Shown here piece by piece: positions 35,853-46,158 of a stretch of 64,000 nt of DNA. The stretch covers positions 7,035-71,034 of the forward strand of contig CALKIG010000141.1 in assembly GCA_937989945.1 (NCBI GenBank). Direction: 5' to 3'. The DNA comes from an uncultured Actinomycetes bacterium (GTDB lineage: Bacteria; Actinomycetota; Acidimicrobiia; Spongiisociales; ZC4RG35). Every line of letters starts with the position of its first letter. Within the stretch, counting starts at the first letter, position 1. Both the position numbers and the translations under genes were made by a program. The notes below the pieces were generated by a model. The model was not told the origin of the DNA. It did no database searches and was given only the letters and a program-made list of their open reading frames with translations.

Positions 35853-36968
35853 TTAGAGCGATATCGGGTTCACTACATCGAGAATGATGGCCACCAGGCC
35901 AAGGAACCCGAAGATTGCGATGACGGCCGCCGCGACCGGCATCATCTTCTCGATATTGGCTTCGCGATGGGTGACCTTCTCGTACAGAGCCACTGCAAAG
36001 TGCCCTCCATCGAGGGGGAAGAGGGGTAGGAGATTCAGTGTCGCCAGAATCACGTTGACCAGCGCCAGTATCCCCACAAAAGCGGCAGCAGATTCCATCT
36101 GGGTGCCGATGTTGACCAGGCCGATCGGGCTGACAGGCCTGATCTCCTGGTCCACATCCGTGTCTCCGACTAGGACTCCGAAGTATTGGGCGATGTTGGA
36201 TGGCCGGAGCATCTCGAACAGAGAGCGGAACGTGTTCTCTATTCCCGTCCAGACGTTCTGGGCGGCGATGCCGACGCCCTGGAACACCCCGACATCCTCA
36301 ACGATCACCTCGGATGTGACGCCGAGGAATCCGGTGGTCCCGGAGCCGTCGGCGGAGGGTTGCTCGATCAGGCTCGTCTCGAGAGTGAGCACCTGGCCCT
36401 CCCTCTCAACGACCAGAGTGGTTGGGCCACCACCCTCCGATCGCAGCGCAGCCACCACTTCGTCCCACGTGTCTACCTCAGTGCCGCCAAGAGAGAGGAT
36501 CACATCGCCGGTCTGGAGCCCGGCTACCGCCGCAGGCGAATCCCGCTCCTCGCCGTCGATCTCCACAGTTTGCACGACCTGGTCGACCTCAGTTGTGGGC
36601 GTTGCGATGCCCTGGGCGACGGCGATGCCGAAGAAGAGCAAGAATGCGATCAGGAAATTGGTCCCAACGCCGGCAAGGACCACAAAGCTCTTTTCCCAGA
36701 ACTTCTTCTCGCGGTATGTGCGGCCGAGATCCTCTGGTGCCACTTCCTCGAGGGGATTCATCCCAACGATCCGGACGTATCCACCCAATGGAATCCACTT
36801 GAACCCGTACTCGGTTTCCCCGCGTTGAGTCGACCAGATCTTGGGCCCGAACCCAAAGAAGAACTGGGTCGCTTTCATGCCGACGGCCTTGGCGGCGAGA
36901 AAGTGACCTGCCTCATGGGCCGTGACGAAGATGATGATTGCCACTGCGGCGGCGATTCCACCAACCAT
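35853..36968 (-). CDS. rseP: site-2 (M50) zinc metalloprotease, RseP/Rip1-like
   Basis: 371 aa with HEAGHFLAAK (HExxH), an internal PDZ-like segment, and C-terminal NLLPLFPLDGGH. Confidence 0.88.
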   Translation of the reverse strand: MVGGIAAAVAIIIFVTAHEAGHFLAAKAVGMKATQFFFGFGPKIWSTQRGETEYGFKWIPLGGYVRIVGMNPLEEVAPEDLGRTYREKKFWEKSFVVLAGVGTNFLIAFLLFFGIAVAQGIATPTTEVDQVVQTVEIDGEERDSPAAVAGLQTGDVILSLGGTEVDTWDEVVAALRSEGGGPTTLVVEREGQVLTLETSLIEQPSADGSGTTGFLGVTSEVIVEDVGVFQGVGIAAQNVWTGIENTFRSLFEMLRPSNIAQYFGVLVGDTDVDQEIRPVSPIGLVNIGTQMESAAAFVGILALVNVILATLNLLPLFPLDGGHFAVALYEKVTHREANIEKMMPVAAAVIAIFGFLGLVAIILDVVNPISL

Positions 36969-37005
36969 GGCCGTTACGGTAATTCGGGTGGGCCGCTACG
37001 AGCGG

Positions 37006-38148
37006 TCAACAGGCACCGGCGACCAGCGATGCAGCCACCTCTCGCGCCTCTTTGTCGGCATCGACGACTGACTGGAAGTCCGTGAGCTCACGCCACCCAA
37101 CCTCCTCCAAGGTCATCTCAACCACTCTGGGTATGCCGGTGAACCCGAGCCTTCCTTGCAGGAAGGCCTCAACGGCGACCTCGTCGGCAGCGTTCAGCAC
37201 GGCCGGCGATGACCCTCCTTCCCGACCAGCCCGATAGGAGAGATCGAGTGCAGGAAACGCCTTGCGATCGGGCTCCTCGAACTCGAGTGCCCGACCAACC
37301 AGAGAGAAGTCGAGGTCAGGGCCCGGAGCGCGCTCCGGCGCCGTCAGCGCATACTGGATGGGGATGCGCATGTCTGCCTGGCCAAGATGTGCTTTGAACG
37401 ACCCGTCGACGAACTCAACCATGGAGTGCACGATCGACTGGGGGTGGACGACCACATCGATCTGGTCGAAGTCGACGTCGAAGAGGAAGTGAGCTTCTAT
37501 CACCTCGAGGCCCTTGTTGAACAGAGTTGCCGAGTCGATGGTGATGCGGTTCCCCATGTCCCAGGTGGGATGGTCAAGAGCCTCTTGCGGCGTGACCGAC
37601 TCCAACTCTTCAGTAGACCTTCCTCGAAACGGGCCACCCGATGCGGTCAAGACGAGTCGAGCAACGGCGTCGAATGGCTCTCCCAGGAGGCATTGGTACA
37701 GAGCAGAGTGCTCGCTGTCCACCGGGATCAACTCGCCACCTGCCTCGAGAGCGCTTCGCACAACAGGCCCACCTGCCACGAGGCTCTCCTTGTTGGCCAA
37801 CGCCACGCGATTGCCCTCGGCCAGGGCGACGAGTGTGGCGCGGAGGCCGGCGGAGCCAACGATTCCATTGACGATCACCGCATCGGACAGGCCTGCCAGT
37901 GACGCCACCTCGTCGGGGCCGAAGCTCACCTCCCGTCCGAGCTCGGAGCTGAAGCGCTCTCTCTCGTCTTGGGAGCCACCCGCAATCGCCACTAGGGCAT
38001 CGGGATAGCGACGTGCTTGTTCCAGAAGCTGGTTGCCCGGGCTTCGGGCGGCGAGGGCAAGCACATCGGCACCAATGGCATCGACCACATCGAGGGTCTG
38101 GGTTCCGATGGATCCGGTGGAGCCGAGAACGACTACCGGCCGGGTCAC
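37006..38148 (-). CDS. dxr: 1-deoxy-D-xylulose 5-phosphate reductoisomerase
   Basis: Begins VTRPVVVLGSTGSIGTQTLDVV at GTG 38148 (GTGA overlap with the cdsA stop). The ORF-track extension to 38604 runs through cdsA and is rejected. Confidence 0.93.
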   Translation of the reverse strand: MTRPVVVLGSTGSIGTQTLDVVDAIGADVLALAARSPGNQLLEQARRYPDALVAIAGGSQDERERFSSELGREVSFGPDEVASLAGLSDAVIVNGIVGSAGLRATLVALAEGNRVALANKESLVAGGPVVRSALEAGGELIPVDSEHSALYQCLLGEPFDAVARLVLTASGGPFRGRSTEELESVTPQEALDHPTWDMGNRITIDSATLFNKGLEVIEAHFLFDVDFDQIDVVVHPQSIVHSMVEFVDGSFKAHLGQADMRIPIQYALTAPERAPGPDLDFSLVGRALEFEEPDRKAFPALDLSYRAGREGGSSPAVLNAADEVAVEAFLQGRLGFTGIPRVVEMTLEEVGWRELTDFQSVVDADKEAREVAASLVAGAC

Positions 38149-39353
38149 AGCAGTCCGAAACCCCGGAGCACGAAATACACGGCAGGAACGGCGATCAGGA
38201 AGCTGTCGATCCGATCCAGCATCCCACCGTGCCCGGGCAGAACGGAGCCCATGTCCTTGACGCCCATGGACCGCTTGATCGAGGACTCGATCAGATCGCC
38301 GATCGGGGCGAAGAACCCCACGACAACCGCAACGATGAGGCCCCTGGCTATGCCAATCCCCTCCCACGCCGGGAACGTCGTGAGGATGGACGCCACGACC
38401 ATCGACGCGATGAGGCCGCCGAAGAGGCCCTCGACGGTCTTGTTGGGCGACACCGAAGGCGCGAGCTTGCGGCGGCCGAAGGACCTTCCCACGAAGTAGG
38501 CGCCCATGTCGTTGAAGGCCACGAGGAGCACAACGAACATGATGTATGCCACGGGCTGGGGACCCTGTTCGATCAGGATCGCAAACGACAGGAGCCCCAC
38601 CCATCCCATGCCCATCACGGTCACGGCGGCGTTCTCCAGGGCCTGACGACGAGGGGCAAGCGAGAAGAAGAGGACGGTGATCACGGTTGTGACCGCAGCC
38701 CAGCCGCCGATCGCCAGTGGGCCAATCTGAGCCGCGCCCACGCCCATCAACATCACACCGATGAGGCCAAACAGGGCTACCGGCCGGTAATCGACCGTGC
38801 GCAATGTGGCATAGAACTCACCCAGCGCCACGACCATGATCAAGATGACAAATCCGGCGAACCACCAGCCGCCAAGCAGCAGGCTCCCGAGGAACAGCCC
38901 GAAGATGACGAAAGCGGACGCTACCCGCAGTGCGAAGTCCGAGGCTGCTGCCTGCGCAGTCACCTCGTGATCCTCCATGTTCACCCTGGCGGTTCCTGCC
39001 ACGTCGTCGAAACCGACCATGCCCGAGTCCACACCGGCAACAGAGGCAGAGACGGCTTGCTGCTCCCATTCCTCACTGGCAGCCCGAGCCACGTCTTCGG
39101 CCAGGCCCTCGTATTCCTGCGTGGAATATGCGGTGTACTCCCGAGGACTGAACTCATCTAGCTCCGAGCTTGCCGCGTCTTCCTCTTCCGGTTCGTCGTC
39201 GGCCAGGAACGGATCCTCGTCATCCTCGCCGTCGTCGACTTCGATGCCGGGCAGTGGAACGACGTCCGCTTCGCGATCCCGCTCCGTGGTGTCTTCCTCC
39301 CACGGCCTACCGAAGCTCTTGTCGTCTCCGTCGTTACGCCCGTTCTCGTCCAA
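38145..39353 (-). CDS. cdsA: phosphatidate cytidylyltransferase with acidic N-terminal extension
   Basis: The C-terminal ~280 aa form a polytopic CdsA (KRSMGVKDMGSVLPGHGGMLDRIDS signature). The ~120 aa N-terminal D/E-rich region starts at TTG 39353. A shorter start is possible. Confidence 0.85.
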   Translation of the reverse strand: MDENGRNDGDDKSFGRPWEEDTTERDREADVVPLPGIEVDDGEDDEDPFLADDEPEEEDAASSELDEFSPREYTAYSTQEYEGLAEDVARAASEEWEQQAVSASVAGVDSGMVGFDDVAGTARVNMEDHEVTAQAAASDFALRVASAFVIFGLFLGSLLLGGWWFAGFVILIMVVALGEFYATLRTVDYRPVALFGLIGVMLMGVGAAQIGPLAIGGWAAVTTVITVLFFSLAPRRQALENAAVTVMGMGWVGLLSFAILIEQGPQPVAYIMFVVLLVAFNDMGAYFVGRSFGRRKLAPSVSPNKTVEGLFGGLIASMVVASILTTFPAWEGIGIARGLIVAVVVGFFAPIGDLIESSIKRSMGVKDMGSVLPGHGGMLDRIDSFLIAVPAVYFVLRGFGLL

Positions 39354-39356
39354 GTC

Positions 39357-39917
39357 TCAGACCTCTGTCAGCTCTTCTTCTTTGTTCTGGAGCAGCCCGT
39401 CGATCCGATCTGTGAACCGATCCGTCAGCTTCTGGAGCTCATCTTCGCCCCTGCGGATGTCATCGTCGGAGATTTCGCCATGGAGATTCTCCATCTCGGA
39501 CTTGGCGTGACGCCTGATGTTCCTGACCGAGACCCTGCCTTCCTCGGCCATATTCCTGACGACCCGGATGAGATCCTTCCGCCTCTCTTCAGTGAGCGTC
39601 GGGAAGGCGATGCGCACGACATTGCCGTCGTTGGTCGGGTTGAGCCCGAGATCGGCCGACTGGATGGCCTTCTCGATGTTTCCCAGAGAGCTCTGATCGA
39701 AGGGGTGCACGACGAGCAGCCGCGGCTCGGGCACCGCGATCGACGCGAGCTGCTGAAGTGGTGTGGGTGTGCCGTAGTACTCGACCTGGATCCTCTGCAG
39801 GAGCTGGGGATTGGCCCGACCGGTGCGGACCGTGGAGAACTCCGACGCTACGTGCTCGATTGCTCCCTCCATCTTCAACTCTGCTTCGGTGAGCAAGTCG
39901 TCGATGATCGCAACCAT
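39357..39917 (-). CDS. frr: ribosome recycling factor
   Basis: 186 aa: VRTGRANPQLLQRIQVEYYG, PLTEERRKDL. Confidence 0.95.
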   Translation of the reverse strand: MVAIIDDLLTEAELKMEGAIEHVASEFSTVRTGRANPQLLQRIQVEYYGTPTPLQQLASIAVPEPRLLVVHPFDQSSLGNIEKAIQSADLGLNPTNDGNVVRIAFPTLTEERRKDLIRVVRNMAEEGRVSVRNIRRHAKSEMENLHGEISDDDIRRGEDELQKLTDRFTDRIDGLLQNKEEELTEV

Positions 39918-39926
39918 GTCCGCCTC

Positions 39927-40643
39927 CTAATGAACGATGGTGCCGATTTCATCTCCGCGCACGGCGCGCAAGATGTTCCCCGGCTGTGTCATGTCGAACA
40001 CGACGATCGGCACGCCATGCTCCTTACACATCGTAACTGCCGTCGTGTCCATGACCCGAAGCTCTCTGGCGATGAAGTCCATGTATGAGAGGTCGGCGAT
40101 CCTCTCGGCCTTGGGGTTCGTAGCCGGATCCGAGTCGTAGATGCCGTCAACCTTGCTCGCTTTCAGCAGGGCGTCGGCGTCCATCTCTATGGCCCTCAGA
40201 GCCGCGGTGGTGTCCGTTGTGAAGAACGGATTCCCTGTCCCGGCGGCGAAAATGACGACCCGCCCTTTTTCCAGGTGACGCATGGCACGGAGCCGGATAT
40301 AGGGCTCGGCAAGTTCTTGCATCGTGATCGCGCTCTGGACTCGGGTGTCCACCCCTTGTTTCTCCAGGGCATCACGCAGAGCCAATGCGTTGATCACCGT
40401 CGCCAGCATCCCCATGTAGTCGGCAGACGCCGGGTCCATCCCCTTCGCGGCCGAGGAGACCCCGCGGAATATGTTGCCTCCTCCGACGACGATGGCCGTT
40501 TCGGTGCCGTCGGAAACACCCTGTGCGATCTCCTCGGCGACGCGAACGACGGTCAGGGGGTCAATCCCGTATCCGACAGTCGGGTCGGCGAACGCCTCTC
40601 CGGAGAGCTTGAGGAGGACCCTTCTCTGTTGGCCTTTGGTCAA
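39927..40643 (-). CDS. pyrH: UMP kinase
   Basis: 238 aa: [35 protein letters not shown]. Confidence 0.95.
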   Translation of the reverse strand: MTKGQQRRVLLKLSGEAFADPTVGYGIDPLTVVRVAEEIAQGVSDGTETAIVVGGGNIFRGVSSAAKGMDPASADYMGMLATVINALALRDALEKQGVDTRVQSAITMQELAEPYIRLRAMRHLEKGRVVIFAAGTGNPFFTTDTTAALRAIEMDADALLKASKVDGIYDSDPATNPKAERIADLSYMDFIARELRVMDTTAVTMCKEHGVPIVVFDMTQPGNILRAVRGDEIGTIVH

Positions 40644-40650
40644 GATGCCT

Positions 40651-41262
40651 CTATTCGCCTACGGCAATCCTTGCGAGCCGGCGCACCGATATGTTCTCTC
40701 CCATCTTCGAAGCGAGCTGGGAGATCATGTCTCCCACCGATCCGTCGAACCTATCAGCATTCACGAACTTCTGGTCGTACAGAACATTGTCCTCGTACCA
40801 GGACTCGAGCTTCCCTTCGACGATCTTGTCGATCACCTGCTCGGGCTTTCCCTCGGCCGCCGCCTGACGCGCGATCAGCTCGCGCTCTTTCTCGACGGCG
40901 GTTTCGTCGACTTCCTCACGTCGCACCCAACCGGGATTGCCCCAGCTGACATGCATGGCGACATCATTGGCGACTTGTTGGAACTCGTCACTCTTGGCCA
41001 CGAAGTCGGTCTCACAAGCAAGCTCGACCAGAACGCCCATGACCGGTCTCCCGTTCTGCTCATGGACATAGATCCCGACGGTGCCCTCGGTCGCCTCCCG
41101 ATCGGCGCGTTTGGCCATCTTCGCCTGACCGCGCTCCCGGAGTAGCTCAAACGCTTTGTCGAAGTCGCCGTCTGCGTCGTTCAGCGCCGCCTTGGCGTCC
41201 ATCATCCCGACTCCGGCAGTCTGGCGGAGCTTCTGGATGTCTTTGGCTGTGATCTCGGCCAT
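40651..41262 (-). CDS. tsf: elongation factor Ts (short, ~200 aa form)
   Basis: 203 aa: [23 protein letters not shown]. The length and layout resemble the short Thermus-type EF-Ts rather than the ~270 aa form. Confidence 0.9.
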   Translation of the reverse strand: MAEITAKDIQKLRQTAGVGMMDAKAALNDADGDFDKAFELLRERGQAKMAKRADREATEGTVGIYVHEQNGRPVMGVLVELACETDFVAKSDEFQQVANDVAMHVSWGNPGWVRREEVDETAVEKERELIARQAAAEGKPEQVIDKIVEGKLESWYEDNVLYDQKFVNADRFDGSVGDMISQLASKMGENISVRRLARIAVGE

Positions 41263-41267
41263 GGCGC

Positions 41268-41990
41268 CTATGCCTCCGCCTTCGCCGGCTTCTTGCCCTT
41301 CTTGGCATACGCCTCGCGACCTTCGATGATCGAGTCGGCGAGAGCACCTGCGATGAGGTCTGAGGCGCGTATCGCGTCGTCGTTGCCTGCGATGACGTAC
41401 TTGATGTCGTCAGGGTCGCAATTGCTGTCTACGAGGGCAATGATCGGGATTTCGAGCCGCGCCGCCTCGGCGACGGCCGTCTCTTCGGCGTTCACGTCGA
41501 TGATGAAGACTGCATCCGGCAATCTCTCCATTCCGGCAACGCCGCCCAGGTTCGCCTCCAGCTTTTCGAGCTCGCGGTGAAGCTTGAGTCGCTCCTTCTT
41601 GGTGAGGTCGCTCTGCTCATTCGACTCTTCCATCTGACGCAGCTCACGCATGTAGAAGATCCGCTTCTGGATGGTCTGGAAGTTGGTCAGCATGCCGCCC
41701 AACCACCGGTAGTTCACAAATGGCATGCCGGATCGTTGTGCATGCTCGGCGATGGCCGACTGGGCTTGCTTCTTCGTGCCGACGAAGAGCACAGAGCCCC
41801 CGCGTGCGGCCACTTCGTTGACGAACTCGGCCGCCTCGGCGATCTGGTTCACCGTCTGGCGGAGGTCGATGATGTGGATTCCGTTGCGCTCGCCGTAGAT
41901 GTAGGGGCGCATCTTGGGGTTCCAACGCCTCGTCTGATGGCCGAAGTGCACACCAGCTTCGAGGAGCTGTTTCATGGTCACCGTGGACAC
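41268..41990 (-). CDS. rpsB: 30S ribosomal protein S2
   Basis: 240 aa: [22 protein letters not shown] start preceded by GAAAGGA. Confidence 0.95.
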   Translation of the reverse strand: MSTVTMKQLLEAGVHFGHQTRRWNPKMRPYIYGERNGIHIIDLRQTVNQIAEAAEFVNEVAARGGSVLFVGTKKQAQSAIAEHAQRSGMPFVNYRWLGGMLTNFQTIQKRIFYMRELRQMEESNEQSDLTKKERLKLHRELEKLEANLGGVAGMERLPDAVFIIDVNAEETAVAEAARLEIPIIALVDSNCDPDDIKYVIAGNDDAIRASDLIAGALADSIIEGREAYAKKGKKPAKAEA

Positions 41991-42157
41991 GGTCGATTCC
42001 TTTCTGGTTAGTACTTCCGCCTGTCGGTACTCCCACTCCGTTTCCGGGTGATCCTCTTCCGGTCCGGTGCGTTCACATCCGGGCCGACCAGTGAGGATGG
42101 ACAGGCGTGCTTGATGGGGGCGATTCTAGATGTCAGCGCGGAGCTTGGATAAATCAG

Positions 42158-42937
42158 CTAGCCAAGGGCGAGCTCGCCCAGCCGGTTGCGGAGCGACATC
42201 ATGGTCTTGGCGTGGATCTGACAGACCCGCGACTCGGTGACTCCGAGGACCTCCCCGATCTCGGAGAGAGTCATGCTCTCGTAGTAGTAGAGGGTGACCA
42301 CGAGGCGATCGCGCTCGGGAAGCTTGTTGATCGCCTCGACGAGGCCCTCGCGCGTTTCTTCTGCCTGGACGGCAGTCTCCGGTGAGATGCTTCCGGGGTC
42401 GGCCAGCATGTCGCCGACGGTCGTCGCCGAGTCTGAGCCAACCATCTCGTCGAGAGCTGCGATTCCGGTGCGTCCAATCTCGGCGAGCGCCGATTGGAGC
42501 TCGTCGACGGACATCTCCATGTGCTCGGCGAGCTCTTCTTCGGTGGGCGCTCGTTGCAAGCGATGTTCCAGTTCGGCCACGGCTGTCTCGATCAGCCTCG
42601 AACGGGAACGAACGGACCTGGGCACCCAGTCGAGGGCCCTCAGCTCGTCGAGGATTGCCCCTTTGATCCTGTTGATCGCGTAAGTCTCGAACTTGAAGCC
42701 TCGCTCTGGCTCGAACTTGTCAATGGCATCGATCAGGCCGAACAACCCGTATGAAGCGAGGTCGTTCTGGTCGACAGAACGGGGAAGACCCGCCCCGACG
42801 CGGCCCGCGACGTACTTGACGAGTGGTGAGTAGTGCAGGATCAACCGCTCGCGAACGGCGGCGTCGCCATCCTCCTTGAAGGAGCGCCACAATCCGTCGA
42901 TCACGGACTGATCAGGCTCTTGGATGGCTTCGGTCAT
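42158..42937 (-). CDS. whiG: RNA polymerase sigma factor, FliA/WhiG (sigma-28) family
   Basis: 259 aa with regions 2, 3 and 4 (LVKYVAGRV..., DLASYGLFGLIDAIDKFEP..FKFETYAI.RIKGAILDELR..DWVPR, LTLSEIGEVLGVTESRVCQIH). Family-typical motifs. Confidence 0.85.
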   Translation of the reverse strand: MTEAIQEPDQSVIDGLWRSFKEDGDAAVRERLILHYSPLVKYVAGRVGAGLPRSVDQNDLASYGLFGLIDAIDKFEPERGFKFETYAINRIKGAILDELRALDWVPRSVRSRSRLIETAVAELEHRLQRAPTEEELAEHMEMSVDELQSALAEIGRTGIAALDEMVGSDSATTVGDMLADPGSISPETAVQAEETREGLVEAINKLPERDRLVVTLYYYESMTLSEIGEVLGVTESRVCQIHAKTMMSLRNRLGELALG

Positions 42938-43799
42938 ACGTCCCTCTGAGGTGCTCCCGGGTTACAGCAGTGTATATCTGTGTCGTCGCCAGATCGGTGT
43001 GTCCCAAAAGATCCTGTACAACACGCAAGTCTGCCCCGCCTTCCAGAAGATGTGTTGCAAAGCTGTGTCGCAATGCGTGAGGGAACGTCGCGAGCCGCTC
43101 CGCGACCACTTTGCGAAGTCCTCTCGGGCCCATTCTGCTGCCTCGCTTGCCGACCCACAATGAATCTCCAGCCCCATTCGCCGCGAGCTGCGGCCGGGCA
43201 CGGTTGACATAGGCCTCGAGAGCCTCCTGAGCAGGCTTTCCAATGGGCACCCGACGTCCTTTGCGGCCTTTCCCGGTGATGGTGAGAACCTCCTTGCCGA
43301 CGTCGTCCAGAGTCAGTGACGCCAACTCAGAGATCCGGAGCCCGGTCGCGTAGAGAACCTCGATGATCGCCGCATCACGCAGACCGATCGGCGTCGAATC
43401 GTCAATGGCGTCGATGGCGCTCACCAGATGACGTGAGGGCAGAGCGTGAGGAAGGGGCCGGTCGAGCTTGGGCCTCGACACGTTCTCGAACGGGTTGCTG
43501 GCCACTGTCCCTCGCCGGCCCGCGTCCGTGTAGAAGCTGGACACGGATGAGGCTTTTCGTGACATCGAGCGCCGTGAGTATTGCCGGGTATCGAGGAACG
43601 CCAGATAGCGTCGAGCGTGGCGGCGCTCGACACTCTGAATCGACTCCACACCCGCCCGGTCGCAGTAGTCGAAGAACTGAGCCAGGTCCCCTCGATAGGC
43701 CTCGAGCGTGTGCTCCGACAGCCCTCTTTGGTCTCGCAAGCGAGATATGTAGTCGTCAACATCGGCAGCTGCCCAATCTGGCAGATCCGGAAGTCTCAC
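42912..43799 (-). CDS. xerC: tyrosine recombinase XerC
   Basis: 295 aa with catalytic R...HxLRH...Y (ATGLRISE, HALRHSFATHLL, LGHTDLATTQIYT). Conserved position next to dprA. Confidence 0.88.
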   Translation of the reverse strand: MRLPDLPDWAAADVDDYISRLRDQRGLSEHTLEAYRGDLAQFFDYCDRAGVESIQSVERRHARRYLAFLDTRQYSRRSMSRKASSVSSFYTDAGRRGTVASNPFENVSRPKLDRPLPHALPSRHLVSAIDAIDDSTPIGLRDAAIIEVLYATGLRISELASLTLDDVGKEVLTITGKGRKGRRVPIGKPAQEALEAYVNRARPQLAANGAGDSLWVGKRGSRMGPRGLRKVVAERLATFPHALRHSFATHLLEGGADLRVVQDLLGHTDLATTQIYTAVTREHLRGTYDRSHPRA

Positions 43800-43826
43800 C
43801 TGTTCAATCGTATTGGAAGTGGGCCT

Positions 43827-44648
43827 TCAATCCCGGATTGCGGGCAAGATCCGATCTCCGAGACGCCGCACCTCTCCGGACGCCTCGAGCCGCCCCAATC
43901 TGACGAGGGCCTCCTTGATGGTGCACCCCCAATGGTCAGGTAGATCGTCGATGTCGAGGCCCCCGGCCGGCACCGGCCCGTTGAGCCCGACGGGGCGGGC
44001 GTCAACTCCGGCAAGGACCGAGAGCTCATCGAGCAAGTCCTGTCCGCCAAAGACCGGTATTGCGCCATCCCGAATCAGCCGGTTGGTCCCCGCCGAAGAC
44101 TCCCGATCGACGTCGCCGGGGACGGCGAAGACGGGTCGGCCCATCTCTGCAGCAAGAACCGCTGTGATCTGGGCGCCTCCCGTGACCCTGGACTCGACTA
44201 CGACAACAGCCACCGACATCGCTGCGATGAGGCGGTTCCTGGCCGGGAACCTCCATCGATCCGGTGGTGTGCCGTTGGGATACTCCGAGACGACTGCCCC
44301 GCCGTGCTCCACGAGACTCTGCGCCAGGCCGATGTTCTCACGTGGGTAGATGTGATCCAGCCCGGATCCGAGTATCGCCACACCATGGCCACGGACTGTC
44401 ACCGTCCCCCGATGGGCGGCGGCATCAATTCCCCGAGCGAGCCCGCTCACGGTTACCAAGCCCGCCGAAGCGAGTTGCCTGCCCATCGACTCACCGATAT
44501 CGACCCCGTAACGCGTGCACGACCTGGTACCGACCACAGCGACACAGGGACCATCGGGGATTCTTCCCCGGATATACAGGGGTGGGGGCTCTTCGAGGTC
44601 ATTGAGTCCCGGCGGATATGCAGGATCGCCGGGGAGCAGAGGTTTCAC
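43827..44648 (-). CDS. dprA: DNA-processing protein DprA
   Basis: 273 aa Rossmann-like DprA core (VAVVGTRSCTRYG, SGLARGIDAAAH, GGAQITA). 4 nt overlap with comM. Confidence 0.85.
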   Translation of the reverse strand: MKPLLPGDPAYPPGLNDLEEPPPLYIRGRIPDGPCVAVVGTRSCTRYGVDIGESMGRQLASAGLVTVSGLARGIDAAAHRGTVTVRGHGVAILGSGLDHIYPRENIGLAQSLVEHGGAVVSEYPNGTPPDRWRFPARNRLIAAMSVAVVVVESRVTGGAQITAVLAAEMGRPVFAVPGDVDRESSAGTNRLIRDGAIPVFGGQDLLDELSVLAGVDARPVGLNGPVPAGGLDIDDLPDHWGCTIKEALVRLGRLEASGEVRRLGDRILPAIRD

Positions 44649-46114
44649 CAGCCCCCTCGCAACGACAGCGCCTCGGCCACGTGCTCCTCCCCCACATCCG
44701 TGCCGTCGAGATCAGCGAGCGTCTGCGAAACGCGGCGCACCCGCCCAACTCCTCTGGCGGTGATGGCCGACGACTGGAGTGAACGGAGCAATAGATCTCT
44801 CGCTGTGCCAGAGATGGGCAGCTCCTGCACCAACGAGTCGGGAAGATCCCCGTTGACGGCACCTCGCGCCAGTTGGATGTCCCTGGCCGAAGCCACACGC
44901 CGGGCCACGGGCGCGGATGCCTCTCCACCCCCACCCTTGAAGTCGTCGGCTGCGACCCTCTTGACGTGGACAGCCAAGTCGAATCGATCGAGCAGCGGCC
45001 CGGACAAGCGTTGTCGGTAGCGATCCCGGCCGGGCCCTGTGCAAGTGCACGGCCTTCGCCTGTCGCCCCAATAACCGCATGGGCACGGATTGGTTGCCCC
45101 TATCAGCTGAAAACGCGCCGGGAACCTGACCGACGAGCCTTGCCGGGAGATGACAACGGCGCCTTCCTCCAAGGGTTGCCGCAACGCGTCGAGGTGAGAT
45201 CTCGGAAACTCGGCGAGCTCATCCAGAAAAAGCACTCCGCAGTGAGCCAAAGAGATCTCCCCGGGCGTGGGCATCCCACTCCCTCCGCCCACCAGGGCTG
45301 CTCGAGTGGCAGTGTGGTGCGGAGCACGAAAGGGTGGGACGTAGGAGACTGAATCCCCCAAGCCCGCATTCGACTTCACCAGAGCGACCTCTATCGCATG
45401 CCTTTCCTCGAGTCCGGGGAGAATGCCCGGGAGACGACGTGCGAGCATCGTCTTTCCGCCTCCTGGCGGCCCATGCAACAACAAGTGATGGCCTCCGGCC
45501 GCAGCGACCTCGAGGGCGCGCCGGGCAAAGGACTGGCCGCGGATGTCCCTCATGTCCGGCGGCTCGGGCGCATCGGACTCACCGCCTTCCGGCACAGTCG
45601 GCTGGGCCTGCAGCCCCGACGAGACCAGAGACACGGCTTCCGACAAGGTCTCGACGGCGTGAACTTCCGAGCCCGGCACGACCGCCACCTGCGCGGCGTG
45701 CTCACGGGACACGAGACACGGGATTCCGAGGCGGGACCCTATGACAGCGGCGCCGAGGCTGCTTCCGCCCCGTCTTACCTTCCCGTCCAAGGCCAACTCC
45801 CCGACGATGACGGCGCGCGCCATGTCCGCGATCTGCCGGTCAGCAGCGAGGATGGCCAACGCGATGGGTAGGTCGTAGTCCGAGCCTCGCTTCCTGAGGT
45901 CGGCAGGTGCCAGGTTGATGGTCACCTCTCGATGGGGGAACTCGATCCCTGAGGCGGTGATGGCCGACCTCACCCGGTCTTTCGCTTCTCGCAAGGCTGT
46001 GTCGGGGAGCCCTGAGAGCCTGAAGCCTTCCTTGTTCCTGCCGACCGCGGCCTCGACGTGAACGACCCGGGCATCGCCGCCCACGAGCGCGACGGAAAGC
46101 ACCGATGAATACAT
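44645..46114 (-). CDS. comM: YifB/ComM family Mg-chelatase-like AAA+ ATPase
   Basis: 489 aa with an N-terminal Lon-protease-like domain, Walker A LLLHGPPGGGKTMLA, FLDELAEF, and a zinc motif (CPCGYWGD...CTC). Confidence 0.9.
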   Translation of the reverse strand: MYSSVLSVALVGGDARVVHVEAAVGRNKEGFRLSGLPDTALREAKDRVRSAITASGIEFPHREVTINLAPADLRKRGSDYDLPIALAILAADRQIADMARAVIVGELALDGKVRRGGSSLGAAVIGSRLGIPCLVSREHAAQVAVVPGSEVHAVETLSEAVSLVSSGLQAQPTVPEGGESDAPEPPDMRDIRGQSFARRALEVAAAGGHHLLLHGPPGGGKTMLARRLPGILPGLEERHAIEVALVKSNAGLGDSVSYVPPFRAPHHTATRAALVGGGSGMPTPGEISLAHCGVLFLDELAEFPRSHLDALRQPLEEGAVVISRQGSSVRFPARFQLIGATNPCPCGYWGDRRRPCTCTGPGRDRYRQRLSGPLLDRFDLAVHVKRVAADDFKGGGGEASAPVARRVASARDIQLARGAVNGDLPDSLVQELPISGTARDLLLRSLQSSAITARGVGRVRRVSQTLADLDGTDVGEEHVAEALSLRGGW

Positions 46115-46158
46115 GGCACCGAAGTTACGGGCCTGCAGAGTGGCGTTCTAGAGGTCTC

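Noticed and set aside
38013-39161. 382 aa + strand ORF, and the 38149..38604 N-terminal extension of the dxr ORF
   Set aside because: Both overlap cdsA in other frames. Dxr homology starts at VTRPVVVLGSTGSIG (GTG 38148, GTGA-coupled to the cdsA stop).
42912-43799. Tyrosine recombinase as a marker of an integrated mobile element
   Set aside because: It sits in the conserved dprA-xerC housekeeping position. There is no adjacent tRNA, no direct repeats and no phage or transposon genes. It is best read as the chromosomal dif recombinase XerC.
43827-46114. dprA plus comM as evidence for a natural-competence system
   Set aside because: These two genes are broadly conserved at this locus in non-competent Actinobacteria. 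No com pilus or uptake genes are present in the window.
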